Shown in pieces: positions 8,895-18,854 of a DNA stretch of 64,000 nt. The stretch comes from Candidatus Latescibacterota bacterium (lineage in GTDB: Bacteria > Latescibacterota > UBA2968 > UBA8231): assembly GCA_965223905.1 (NCBI GenBank), contig CBDCXV010000011.1, positions 992,001-1,056,000 on the forward strand, written 5' to 3'. The position numbers and the translations under genes are program-made. The stretch's first letter is position 1; the number at the start of each line of letters is the position of its first letter. The notes under the pieces are model-generated. The model searched no databases. It was given only the letters and a program-made list of their open reading frames with translations, and was not told the DNA's origin.

Positions 8895-9848
8895 TTATCC
8901 CGCGATATGCTCGCCGCCGTCGGCACGGACGATGGTGCCGTTGATCCAGCGCGCCTCGTCCGTGCTCAGCAGGAAGATGACGTCCGCCACCTCCGCGGCC
9001 GTGGTCAGCCGCCCGAAGGGATTGCGCAGGGCCGCGGCGGCTTTCAGGTGGTCGCTGCCGGGAATCAGCCGCAGGGCGGCCGAGTCGGTCACTCCCGCCT
9101 GAACGACGTTGGAGCGGATTCCGTGGGGGGCGTACTCCGCGGCGATGGCGCGGCTCACCGACTCGAGCGCCACCTTGGCCGCGGCCACCGCGGCGTACCC
9201 GCGCCAGGCGACCTCGTTCCCCTCGCTCGTCATCGCCAGCACGCGCGCGTCCCCGGCGAACAGTCCCGCGGCGAACACCTCCCGGGTCCAGGTCGCCAGG
9301 CTCGTGCCCATGCTGTACACGGTGCGCTCGAAATCCTCGTCCTCGAGCACGGCCTTCGCGTCGTACGGGGGCGGGTTGGCGAGATGGACGAGGCTCCTGG
9401 CATCGTCGCTCGAGAAAGCCGCATTCACGGCCTCGGCGAGCCGCTCCGGGTCGACGCCTAGCTTTTCGGCCAGCAGCCCGCGGTCCCGGGCCCCGGTTTC
9501 TCCGAAGGACTCGGTGAGGGGCGCCATGAGCCGCAGGTTGCCGAAGGCTATCGAGTGCAGCATGGTGCGCACGCGGCCGCGGTCGTCGAGGCGCTCCACG
9601 AGGGCGCCGATCACGGTCTGGCGCCCTTCCTGCGACAGGGCGTCGAGGTTGAAGGAGAGGAAGTCCCCCTCGAAGCGGCGGATCGCATCGAACTCCGGCT
9701 CGATCCCCTTCATGGCGCCGCGCCGGTCGCGGTGGACGACGGCGACACTCATCCCGTGGCGGGCGAGCTTCCTGGCGGCGGCGAGGCCGAAGCCGCTGGA
9801 GCCCCCGAGGATCAGCGCCCACTGGTCGGTGTCGAAACGGATGCTCAA
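8895..9848 (-). CDS. SDR oxidoreductase, probable enoyl-ACP reductase (FabL/FabI-like)
   Basis: ILGGSSGFG Rossmann motif; YAAVAAAK (Y-x6-K as in enoyl reductases); NPFGRL; first gene of the fab operon. Confidence 0.75.
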   Translation of the reverse strand: MSIRFDTDQWALILGGSSGFGLAAARKLARHGMSVAVVHRDRRGAMKGIEPEFDAIRRFEGDFLSFNLDALSQEGRQTVIGALVERLDDRGRVRTMLHSIAFGNLRLMAPLTESFGETGARDRGLLAEKLGVDPERLAEAVNAAFSSDDARSLVHLANPPPYDAKAVLEDEDFERTVYSMGTSLATWTREVFAAGLFAGDARVLAMTSEGNEVAWRGYAAVAAAKVALESVSRAIAAEYAPHGIRSNVVQAGVTDSAALRLIPGSDHLKAAAALRNPFGRLTTAAEVADVIFLLSTDEARWINGTIVRADGGEHIAG

Positions 9849-10050
9849 AACGGGTTGAGATTCTCTCTGGCAGGTGTGAACTGAAAGGGAGAAATCTGTG
9901 GGACCGGGGGGCGACTGTCAAAGCCCGGATCGCCCGTCGGCGCCTGCTTCCGCCGGTGGCCGGACGTTGCACCCTCGCCCGGCATGCCGGAATATTGATC
10001 CGCTTTTCCGCTGCCGCCGCAGGAAGCCGTCACCGCCCCGGGAAGAGAAC

Positions 10051-11058
10051 ATGAAAATCACCCGCATCGAGCAGTTCATCACCGCGGTCCCCCACATACC
10101 CGAAATCGAGAAGAGCCGCCCGGGAGACTACCGCGAGCGGCCGATCCCCATCATCAGGGTGCATACCGACGAGGGGATTCACGGCATCGGCGAAGGGGGC
10201 CGCGGCGACAGGTTGGAGAACGTGGAAGAGTGGCTCGGGGTCGATCCGCTGAGCCTCAACCTGACGACGATGGGGGGCGCCATCGCCATGGCGATGTTCG
10301 ACATCGTCGGCAAGGCCCTCGGGGTGCCGGCCAACAAGCTGATGGGGAGCAGACACTGGGACGAGGTCCCGGTCGGCTGGTGGTCCCCCCCGCTCGAGCC
10401 GGCCGAGTTCGCCGCCATGGCCGAGACCGGTGTCCGGCTCGGCTACAAGACCCACAAGCTCAAGGCGCGGCCCTGGAACATCGTCGAGACCGTCGAGCTG
10501 ATGACCGCGGCCGCGGGTCCCGACTACGGCATCATCGTCGATCCCAACATGACCTTCGAAACCCTGCAGGCGACCCTGCGCATCGCCGGCAAGCTGGAGC
10601 GCTACAACATCCAGGCATTCGAAGACCCCTTCCCACGGCTTCCCGGGTGGCACCAGTACCGCGACTTCCGCCGCCACTCCACCATCCCGCTGGCACCCCA
10701 CATCGCCGATCCCCAGCTGATCATGAGCGCCATCCGGGCGGAGGCGGCCGACATGTTCAACACCGCCGGCGAGGTCGAGCGCGCCAAGGGGAACGCCGCC
10801 ATCGCCGAGGCCGCGGGCATGCCAGTCTGGCTGCAGGTGGTCGGCCTCGGACTGGGGGTCTCGGGAGCCTACGGAACGCACGTGCACTCGGTGATCCCGA
10901 ACGCGACGATCCCTTCCGACAGCCTGCACTTCACACGCGAGAACGACCTGATCTCCGGCGCCCTGACGCCGAAGAACGGGCTCGTCAAGGTCCCCGACAC
11001 CCCCGGCCTGGGGGTCGAGCTCGACATGGACGCGGTCGAGAAGTACCGCGTCGGCTAA
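10051..11058 (+). CDS. Mandelate racemase/muconate lactonizing enzyme family protein
   Basis: MKITRIE, MAMFDIVGK, HKLK, VDPN, FEDP, PDTPGLGVELD. Confidence 0.85.
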   Translation: MKITRIEQFITAVPHIPEIEKSRPGDYRERPIPIIRVHTDEGIHGIGEGGRGDRLENVEEWLGVDPLSLNLTTMGGAIAMAMFDIVGKALGVPANKLMGSRHWDEVPVGWWSPPLEPAEFAAMAETGVRLGYKTHKLKARPWNIVETVELMTAAAGPDYGIIVDPNMTFETLQATLRIAGKLERYNIQAFEDPFPRLPGWHQYRDFRRHSTIPLAPHIADPQLIMSAIRAEAADMFNTAGEVERAKGNAAIAEAAGMPVWLQVVGLGLGVSGAYGTHVHSVIPNATIPSDSLHFTRENDLISGALTPKNGLVKVPDTPGLGVELDMDAVEKYRVG

Positions 11059-11181
11059 GGGAGGCGGGCCACGCGGCTGGCAGCCGCAGGGAGTCCGCGG
11101 CGTACGGGATTGAGAACAGCACACGAGGGGCCGGACGCGGCCCGATGCAGGCGATCGATCAACAGCCTGATCGGCCAGGAG

Positions 11182-12534
11182 ATGGAAGCAGTGGAAGAAT
11201 CGAGACGGCAGCAGTTCCTCGAGGACGGCTACCTCATCCTCCGCGACACGGTTCCCCCGGAGCAGCTGGGCGAGTTGCGCCTGACCGCGGAGCTGATGGT
11301 CGACCGCAGCAAGGAGCTTTCCAAGGCGCGCCGCGACGGCGGCCCGCTCGGCGGCGACTGGTACCAGGGTGTTCAGCCGCGCGTCGAGATCGACGAGGCG
11401 GTCGAGCCGGAGACCGCCGGCCTCGTCGATTTCCTGCTCGGGCCGACGGTGCGCGGGGTGAGCCAGGAGCTGATGGGGGCCCCGGAAACCGCCATCACCG
11501 GCATGCAGATCACCTGCAGCGGCCTGATCGATTACGGGTACACCGACTGGCACCGCGACTCGAGCGCCCGCGAGCAGGCGCCCCTGTGCGGCCTTCAGGA
11601 CGACCTGATGGCGAACCGGCCGGGGTACGTGCAGTGGAACATCCCCCTGTACGACGACGACGTCTTCTGGCTGGTGCCGGGAAGCCACAAGCAGCCGACC
11701 GACGAGGAGCAGCGGCGGCAGCTGCTGATGGATCCCAGGTCCCGGCTCAGGGACGGCATCCCGATGGAGCTGAAGGCAGGGGACGCCGTCGTCTACCCGA
11801 ACGTCGTCATGCACTGGGGCAGCTTCTACTCCAGCAGGCTGCGGCGCACCCTCCACCTCGGGTTCCGCTCCTTCGGCGGCGACATCTTTCCCTACTCCCA
11901 CTTCACCCACTGGGACATGGGCCTGGGGTTCACGAGGCACCTGTCGCAGCCGGCGCGCTCCTGCTTCGAGCGCACCGTCGAGCTGTTCGACCGCGAGGGG
12001 GACGAGATCGAGCGCACCCTGCGGACGGTGATCGACGGCGACGGCGACCGCTTCCGCAGGCAGGTCGCCATCCTGCACCCGGGCGCCGAAGGGCGCATGA
12101 CGACGGTGGTCCTGCTCTGCCGAATCGCGGAGAAGATCGCCCTTGCCCACAGCCCCGAGATTGCCGGGCTGCCGGAGGAGGAGCGCAACCGCGCCCTCTC
12201 CGGGCCGTCGGAGGGGCACTATTACAGCGGCCTCGGCACGCGTTTCAGCGACGGGGAGGCCGCGGTGCTCGAGAAGCGATTTGCCGTCCTGACGGCGCGG
12301 CTGGAACAGGACGCCGCGGCCGTGCACGAGCGCTACCTGGCCGTGCACGACGAACTGAAATCAGACGCGGAAAGCCCCCCGGACTTCGAATCGCGGCCGC
12401 TGCGGCAGTTCCACTGCGACATGCCGGAGGGGTTCGGCATCGACGAGTTCGTCGACAGCTGGCAGGAGACCGCGGCGGATCCCCGGGCTGCGGGAGCCCC
12501 GACCTCCTTCGCGCCACCGGGGTTGCGCCGCTGA
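11182..12534 (+). CDS. Phytanoyl-CoA dioxygenase (PhyH) family protein with C-terminal extension
   Basis: QFLEDGYLIL, WHRD, LVPGSH, LKAGDAV, MHWG. Confidence 0.8.
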   Translation: MEAVEESRRQQFLEDGYLILRDTVPPEQLGELRLTAELMVDRSKELSKARRDGGPLGGDWYQGVQPRVEIDEAVEPETAGLVDFLLGPTVRGVSQELMGAPETAITGMQITCSGLIDYGYTDWHRDSSAREQAPLCGLQDDLMANRPGYVQWNIPLYDDDVFWLVPGSHKQPTDEEQRRQLLMDPRSRLRDGIPMELKAGDAVVYPNVVMHWGSFYSSRLRRTLHLGFRSFGGDIFPYSHFTHWDMGLGFTRHLSQPARSCFERTVELFDREGDEIERTLRTVIDGDGDRFRRQVAILHPGAEGRMTTVVLLCRIAEKIALAHSPEIAGLPEEERNRALSGPSEGHYYSGLGTRFSDGEAAVLEKRFAVLTARLEQDAAAVHERYLAVHDELKSDAESPPDFESRPLRQFHCDMPEGFGIDEFVDSWQETAADPRAAGAPTSFAPPGLRR

Positions 12535-12571
12535 AAAACCGGCCTTCAGGTGCCGGGGCAAGAGGTGACGG

Positions 12572-13366
12572 ATGGATGAAATGCAGAAATACCTGTTCGA
12601 CCTCAACGGCTACCTCGTCATCGAGGACGTGCTGAACGCCGCGGAGCTCGCCGTCCTCAACGGCATCGTCGACGGCCGGGAGCTCCCTGCCGATTCCCGC
12701 CTTGTCTCCTATGCGGGAGGCCGCCACACCTGCCCCGGATTCCTCGACTGGGGGCAGCCGTTCGTCGACCTCCTCGACCACGCCGCCGTCCTGCCGGTCC
12801 TGCGCTTCCGGCTCGGGGACTGCTTCCGGCTCGACAGGCTCTACAGCATCGTCACGAGCCCCGGGCAGCCGATGGGAAAGCTGCATTCCGACTACGGCGC
12901 CTCGTCGCCGCTGGCCGGCTCGGTTCCCGGCGAGTACTACCCCTTCCCTCTCAACGAGATCCACAGCGGCTTCGTCGTCGTCTCCTGGAACCTCACCGAT
13001 TCCGGGCCCGGCCGCGGCGGTTTCTGCTGCCTTCCCGGCAGCCACAAGAGCAACTACCGGCTGCCGCGGCAGATCGCCGAGGAAGGAGAGGACTCCCCCC
13101 ACGTCGTCCTCCCCGAGGCGCCGGCCGGCTCGGTCACCCTGTTCACCGAGGCCCTGACCCACGGCACCTCGGCCTGGCGCGGACCACACCAGCGCCGCAC
13201 CCTGCTGTTCAAGTACTGCGTGTCGCAGATGGCATGGGGGAGCGGCCGCGTCCGGCCCCCCGCGGGCTGCGCCCTGACCCCGCGCCAGCAGCAGCTGCTT
13301 GCCGAACCCGCGGAGCCGTACCGGTTCTTCCCGTCCCTGTTCGAAGTGGAGGAAAAGAGCGTATGA
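12572..13366 (+). CDS. Phytanoyl-CoA dioxygenase (PhyH) family protein
   Basis: YLFDLNGYLVIEDVL, LHSD, LPGSHK, LTHGT, RRTLLFKY. Confidence 0.85.
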   Translation: MDEMQKYLFDLNGYLVIEDVLNAAELAVLNGIVDGRELPADSRLVSYAGGRHTCPGFLDWGQPFVDLLDHAAVLPVLRFRLGDCFRLDRLYSIVTSPGQPMGKLHSDYGASSPLAGSVPGEYYPFPLNEIHSGFVVVSWNLTDSGPGRGGFCCLPGSHKSNYRLPRQIAEEGEDSPHVVLPEAPAGSVTLFTEALTHGTSAWRGPHQRRTLLFKYCVSQMAWGSGRVRPPAGCALTPRQQQLLAEPAEPYRFFPSLFEVEEKSV

Positions 13367-13851
13367 ACCTCGCCGATCTCGGGGCCCCGGCCGGGGCTCT
13401 CTTCAAGGAGCGCGGCCAGACCGTCGCCGTGGCGGAGTCCTCCGCCGGAGGGGTGATTGCCGCGGCCCTGCTCGCCGTTCCCGGGGCATCGGCCTACTTC
13501 AAGGGAGGGGGCGTCGTCTACACCGGGGACGCCAAGCAGACCCTGATGGCGGTGCCGGACGAGGCCATGGCTGAGGCGCGCGCCGCCACCGAAACGCACG
13601 CCCTCCACCTCGCCCGCGCCGCCAGGCAGAGGCTCGAAGCCGACTGGGGCGTCGGCGAAACCGGGGCCGCGGGCCCGACCGGAAATCGCTACGGCGATCC
13701 CCCCGGGCACACCTGCATCGCCGTCTCCGGACCCGGGCAGGTGGAGAAGGCGATCACGTTGGCGACGGGCAGGGACCGCCGCGAGGAGAACATGTGGGCG
13801 TTCGCGAGCGCCGCTCTCGACCTGCTTGCAGAGTGCCTGGCCCCCGAGTAA
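13363..13851 (+). CDS. CinA/PncC family protein (NMN deamidase-like)
   Basis: ATGA overlap with the upstream gene; VAVAESSAGG, PGASAYF, ETGAAGP. Confidence 0.85.
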   Translation: MNLADLGAPAGALFKERGQTVAVAESSAGGVIAAALLAVPGASAYFKGGGVVYTGDAKQTLMAVPDEAMAEARAATETHALHLARAARQRLEADWGVGETGAAGPTGNRYGDPPGHTCIAVSGPGQVEKAITLATGRDRREENMWAFASAALDLLAECLAPE

Positions 13852-14075
13852 GGTCCGCCGCGGCCAAAGCACCTCCCATATCCTCGGGTTCCCACCGGAC
13901 GGCAGGAGCCGCCCCAATATCCTGGGAATCCTCCCCGAGGAAGACGACCCGGCGATCATCTCCTGGTACGGCAACCAGTGCTTCGAAGTCGAAACCCCAA
14001 CATGCACCGGCTGGCCGCACATGGAAGCCCTTTACCTTCCCCCCCGAATAAGAATCAATCCCTGACAGACCGCGG

Positions 14076-14447
14076 TCAGGATGCGGAATCGGAATGGGGT
14101 TCACCTTCGGGATCCGAGCCGATCCGCAGGACGTGGCCGTCGAGGTCCTCCACCTTCATTTCGCAGGCCCAGGGGAAGTTCGTCGGCGCCATCTTTATCG
14201 CCGCGCCGCTCGCCTTGTACTCCTCGTAGATCTCCTCGACGTCCTCGACGCCGATCCAGAGCCAGGTTCCGGGCTGCCCCTGTCCGCCCTCGCACAACAT
14301 GATGGTGCAGTTGTCCCGCGACACCGACCCGAAATCCGGCGGATCGCCCCAGTCCCAGTCCTTCCTGAAGCCGAGCACCTTCACATAATGATCGATGCTG
14401 GCGGACAGGTTCTCGACCCTCAGGATCGGTATGATGCACTCCAGCAT
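14076..14447 (-). CDS. VOC/glyoxalase-bleomycin resistance family protein
   Basis: IIPILRV...YVKVLGF, FPWACEMKVEDLDGHVLRIG; AAGGAG RBS. Confidence 0.85.
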   Translation of the reverse strand: MLECIIPILRVENLSASIDHYVKVLGFRKDWDWGDPPDFGSVSRDNCTIMLCEGGQGQPGTWLWIGVEDVEEIYEEYKASGAAIKMAPTNFPWACEMKVEDLDGHVLRIGSDPEGEPHSDSAS

Positions 14448-14558
14448 TGCCTCACTCCTTTCGCTTGACCCCCTGTCATGCCTGGTCTACGGTAGGTGAA
14501 ATCGGTTAAAGATGAATCCCGGCGCCTTGCGTCCGGGGCACTAAACAAGGAACTGTCC

Positions 14559-16442
14559 ATGCCCCCCTGTCTCCTGGACCGGATCGATGCACCCAGCGAT
14601 CTAAAGGCTCTTTCGCATGAAGAGCTGGCCCAGGTAGCGCAGGAGGCGCGTGACACCATCATCTCCGTCATAACCGAGCGCGGCGGCCATCTCGCTTCCA
14701 ACCTCGGGGTCGTCGAGCTCACCCTGGCCCTGCACCGCGTCTTCGACAGTCCCAGCGACGCCATTGTCTGGGACACGACCAACCAGTGCTACACCCACAA
14801 GCTGGTGACGGGGCGGCGCGACGAGTTCAAGGACATCCGCCTCGAAGGCGGCCTTTCCGGGTTCGGGGAGCCGGGCGAAAGCCCGCACGACACGCTCGCC
14901 GCCGGGCACGCCGGCACCGGGCTTTCCATCGCCCTCGGCATCGCCGAAGCCGCGGCGAATCGCCACTTGGACTCGTGGACCATCGCCGTGGTCGGAGACG
15001 GGGCGATGACTTCCGGGTCGAGCTTCGAGGCGCTCAACAACATCGTACATCTAAACCCCGGAAAGTTCATCGTCGTCCTCAACGACAACGGGATGTCGAT
15101 CTCCGAAAACATCGGCTTCCTCACCAACTGGCGGAAACGCCTGATCACCCATCCCGAATACCACGCCATCACCGGGCGCATCAAGGCGCTGTCGAAGAAG
15201 GTGCCCTCGGGCGAGGGGATCTATCACCTCGTCGAGAGGTTCGGGGACGGCCTCGCCGGTCTGATCGTGCCGACGATGTTCTGGAACGAGATGGGTTTCC
15301 AGTACCTCGGCCCGGTGGACGGCCACGACTTCGAGCAGCTCGAGGAGACCTTCCGGCAAGCGAGAACTCCCGGCGACTCGGTGCCCCTGGTACACCTGGT
15401 GACGCAAAAGGGCCGCGGCTACGAGCCCGCGGAGCACGACCCGGTAAAGTTTCACCAGCCCAGCTCGCCGCTGGCGGACACCCCGGGAGCGCCCACCTAC
15501 TCGCAGGTGTTCGCGCGCACGATCGCCCGCCTCATGCAGGAGGACGAAACAGTCGTCGGCATCAGCGCGGCGATGCTCGAAGGCACGGGGCTGGCCGAGG
15601 TCCGGCGCGACTTCCCCGACCGCGTTTTCGACGTCGGCATCGCCGAGCAGCACGCCGTCAGCATGGCCGCGGGAATGGCCTCGAGGGGACTCAATCCCTT
15701 CGTCTCGATCTACTCGACCTTCCTGCAGCGGGCGTTCGATCAGATAACCCACGACGTCTGCCTGCAGAACCTTCCCGTGACGCTGATCGCCGACCGCGCC
15801 GGCATCGTCGGCGAGGACGGCAAGACGCACCACGGCGCCTTCGACATCTCCTACCTCAGGTGTCTTCCCAACGCCGTGGTCGCGGCCCCGATGGACGAAA
15901 ACGACTTGCAGCATCTCGTCTACACCGCTTACCGGCACCGGGGTCCCTTCGCCATCCGCATCGCCAGGGGAGCGGCCACCGGCGTTCCCCTCGACGGCGA
16001 CCTGGTCGAGCTGCCGCTCGGCAAAGGCCGCGTCGTCAGGGAAGGAAGCGACGTCGCGATCTTCGGCCTGGGCAAGCCTGCCCGCGCCGCGGTGGAAGCA
16101 GCAAAGATGCTGGCCGCACACGGCATCTCCTGCGGCGTGGTGAACCCGCTTTTCATCAAACCGCTCGACGTCGACCTGCTGCTCGAGGCAGCGCGTGGAG
16201 CGGGCCGTATCGTCACCGTGGAAGAGAACGTGCTAGCCGGAGGGTTCGGCTCCGCCGTGCTCGAAGCGCTCGCCGGAGAGGGACTCGACGAGGTGTCCGT
16301 CCACCGCATCGGCATGCCGGACTCCTTCATCGAGCACGGCACCGCGGCGGATCAACGGAGCCGGTTGCAGCTCGACGCCGAGGGCATCGCCCGGCAGGTA
16401 ATGAGTGCTTTCTTTCCCGAGGCGGGGACGGAAGAAACTTGA
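14559..16442 (+). CDS. dxs: 1-deoxy-D-xylulose-5-phosphate synthase
   Basis: GGHLASNLGVVEL, GDGAMTSG..FEALNN, LNDNGMSIS, YLGPVDGH, DVGIAEQHAV, DRAGIVGEDGKTHHG. Confidence 0.93.
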   Translation: MPPCLLDRIDAPSDLKALSHEELAQVAQEARDTIISVITERGGHLASNLGVVELTLALHRVFDSPSDAIVWDTTNQCYTHKLVTGRRDEFKDIRLEGGLSGFGEPGESPHDTLAAGHAGTGLSIALGIAEAAANRHLDSWTIAVVGDGAMTSGSSFEALNNIVHLNPGKFIVVLNDNGMSISENIGFLTNWRKRLITHPEYHAITGRIKALSKKVPSGEGIYHLVERFGDGLAGLIVPTMFWNEMGFQYLGPVDGHDFEQLEETFRQARTPGDSVPLVHLVTQKGRGYEPAEHDPVKFHQPSSPLADTPGAPTYSQVFARTIARLMQEDETVVGISAAMLEGTGLAEVRRDFPDRVFDVGIAEQHAVSMAAGMASRGLNPFVSIYSTFLQRAFDQITHDVCLQNLPVTLIADRAGIVGEDGKTHHGAFDISYLRCLPNAVVAAPMDENDLQHLVYTAYRHRGPFAIRIARGAATGVPLDGDLVELPLGKGRVVREGSDVAIFGLGKPARAAVEAAKMLAAHGISCGVVNPLFIKPLDVDLLLEAARGAGRIVTVEENVLAGGFGSAVLEALAGEGLDEVSVHRIGMPDSFIEHGTAADQRSRLQLDAEGIARQVMSAFFPEAGTEET

Positions 16443-16619
16443 CCCCACCGGCCATTCTGACGACGCAGGTTTTTTTACGAGCGAATCTAATTTCTGTTAA
16501 AAGAAAATCGGAGAGCGGGCGGGACTGAGGAGAAAAGCGATGCGGGCCGCGGCGGACCTGGTCCGCCACGGCCGCTATTGAGGATTTTCGCCCTCGGTGC
16601 CTGAGGGCGAAGGGTCTAT

Positions 16620-16853
16620 CTAATGTTCAACAACCGGCTCCACCGAGTCGTTCCCGTGGTGGCGAACCCGGTCGACGTACGACTGGCCCTTGTTCCAGGC
16701 CTCGCCGACTCCGCGGCGCACGGATTCGCGGGATTCCCGGCCGCTCCTGGGAGCCAACAGCATGCCGGCTGCCAGTCCCACGGCCAGGCCGCCGACCGCG
16801 CCGACACCGATGAGTCCTAAAGAAATTCCTATGGTTTTCATGTAGCTGTTCAT
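16620..16853 (-). CDS. YtxH-domain small membrane protein
   Basis: ATG at 16853 with AAGGAG RBS; GAVGGLAVGLAAGMLLAPRSGRESR. Confidence 0.8.
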   Translation of the reverse strand: MNSYMKTIGISLGLIGVGAVGGLAVGLAAGMLLAPRSGRESRESVRRGVGEAWNKGQSYVDRVRHHGNDSVEPVVEH

Positions 16854-17000
16854 TTGAATTCTCCTTTGTGAAAGCAAGGGACTTTTGTTTGAATAACTAT
16901 AGCAGCCGGAAGCATCTTCCCAAGGCACCGATGGTTCCGGCCGCCGTTCGAATGTCCTCAATGATATAGGGACGGCAGTTGATCCGTCAATAAAAAAACC

Positions 17001-18108
17001 ATGAAAATCACCGGCATCAAAACCGTCATGATCGATTCCCCGGGGCGCAAGTGGACGATCGTACAGGTCCACACCGACGCGGGGATCACGGGCCTTGGGG
17101 AGGCCACCTATTCAAACAAGGAACCTGTGGTCTGCGCCGCGGTCGAGCATATGAAGCAGGAGCTGATCGGCCGCGATCCGGCGCGCATCGAATACTTGTG
17201 GCACCACACCTACCGCCAATCCTCCCTCTCCGGCATCTGGCGCATGAGCGGCCCTGTCTGGATGAGCGCCCTTTCGGGGATCGACCAGGCGCTGTGGGAC
17301 ATCAAGGGCAAGGTCGCGGGACTGCCGTTGGTGGAGCTGCTCGGCGGCCTGTTCCGCGACCGCGTCGAGGTCTACACCCACTTCGGCGGCGGCACCCCTG
17401 AGGAGTCCGCGGCCCAGGCCCGCGACCTGGTGGAGCGCGGCTTCTCCGCCCTGAAAGGAGGTATGGCCGGCAGCAGCGCAGACCGCTTCGACCCGTACCT
17501 CGACAACGATCCCCTTCAGACCGCGGCCCATTTCGAGGCGGTGCGCGTTAGCGGTCGGACCCGCCACCAGGCTGTTGGTCGACTGTCACGGGCGCCTGAC
17601 CGTGGCCGCCTGCATCCGCCTCGCCCGGGCCCTGGAGCCGTTCGACCTGTACGCCCTGGAGGACCCGGTGCCGCCCGACGACTTGGGCGCCTACCCCAAG
17701 GTCCGGCACGCCATCGGCATCCCGGTGATGGGCTCGGAGCGGCTCAACACCAAGAGCCAGTTCCGCCAGCTGCTGGAGCTCGACGGCATCGACATCGCCC
17801 AGCCGGATCTCATCTACGCCGGCGGCATCACCGAGGTGCGCAAGATCGCCGCCATCGCCGACACCTACCACGTCCCCGTCTCGCCGCACAACACCAAGGG
17901 GCCGGTCGGCATCGCCGCGGCTGCGCACCTGATGGCTTCCATACCGAACGCCGCTCCCATGGAGCTGGTCACCGGCATCGACTGGCGCGACGAAATCATC
18001 GCCGAGCCGCTGGCCGTCGAGGAGGGATGCCTGCTCCTTCCCCGGGGGCCCGGCCTGGGGATCGAGCTCGACATGGACGGAGTCGAAAAGCACCGCTGGC
18101 GGCCATGA
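17001..18108 (+). pseudogene. Mandelate racemase/galactonate dehydratase-like enzyme, frameshifted
   Basis: The N-half (GLGEAT, IDQALWDIKGK) and C-half (VDCHGR, LEDP, GSER, QPD, SPHN, PGLGIELD) are in different frames. Removing one T at 17548-17549 joins them. May be a sequencing error. Confidence 0.8.
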
Positions 18109-18165
18109 GAGACGCGCCGGGATGAAGCGGCGACAAGCAGGGATGGATGCGGCAAGGAGGCATCG

Positions 18166-18711
18166 ATGAAGGTGGAAATCAACACGGCGTCCCTCGCGCT
18201 GGTACGAGGGGACATCACCAGGGAACGAGTCGACGCGATCGTAAACGCCGCCAATGAACGGCTCATGGGAGGAGGGGGCGTCGACGGCGCCATTCACCGC
18301 GCCGGGGGACAGGCGATCGCCGCCGAATGCGGGGAGATCCGCGCCAGGCAGGGCGGTTGTCCAACCGGGCGGGCGGTGATAACCAGCGGGGGGAACCTTC
18401 CCGCCAGGTACGTCATCCACACTGTCGGACCGGTGTGGCGGGGCGGGAGCGCCGGCGAACCGGAGCTGCTCGCAAGCTGCTACAGCGAAAGCCTGGGGCT
18501 TGCGGTCGAGCACGGCATCAGGACTATCGCCTTCCCATCGATCAGCACCGGGGTGTACGGGTACCCCGTTGCGGAAGCTGCGGCCATCGCCCTCGATACC
18601 GTGAAGCAATTCCTCGAAACACACCACGGGATCGACGATGTGCGTTTCGTCCTCTTCAACGACGAGGCCTGCCGCGGGTTTGCGGATGCCCTTGCGAAGA
18701 TGGGGCTGTAA
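18166..18711 (+). CDS. Macrodomain O-acetyl-ADP-ribose deacetylase (YmdB-like)
   Basis: GDIT, AIVNAAN, GGGGVDGAIHRAGG, VIHTVGP, AFPSISTGVYGYP. Confidence 0.92.
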   Translation: MKVEINTASLALVRGDITRERVDAIVNAANERLMGGGGVDGAIHRAGGQAIAAECGEIRARQGGCPTGRAVITSGGNLPARYVIHTVGPVWRGGSAGEPELLASCYSESLGLAVEHGIRTIAFPSISTGVYGYPVAEAAAIALDTVKQFLETHHGIDDVRFVLFNDEACRGFADALAKMGL

Positions 18712-18854
18712 GGCACGCTGGGGTACCGTGGTCAGCTATTCAGTGCAGCGCGACAATTCCGCTGAATCGGGCCGGCGGGGCATCTCCAGGGAAACCGCGG
18801 TTCAATCCAAACCAGATCATCGGCGCCAGTTCTCCCCCCGATCGGTCTCGGCGC

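Noticed and set aside
13852-14075. Possible gene remnant between cinA and the VOC gene
   Set aside because: Short ORFs on both strands have no credible start or recognisable family.
16545-16611. Two hairpins between the convergent dxs and ytxH-like genes as intrinsic terminators
   Set aside because: The stems are real, but neither has a convincing downstream U-tract, so they are not called.
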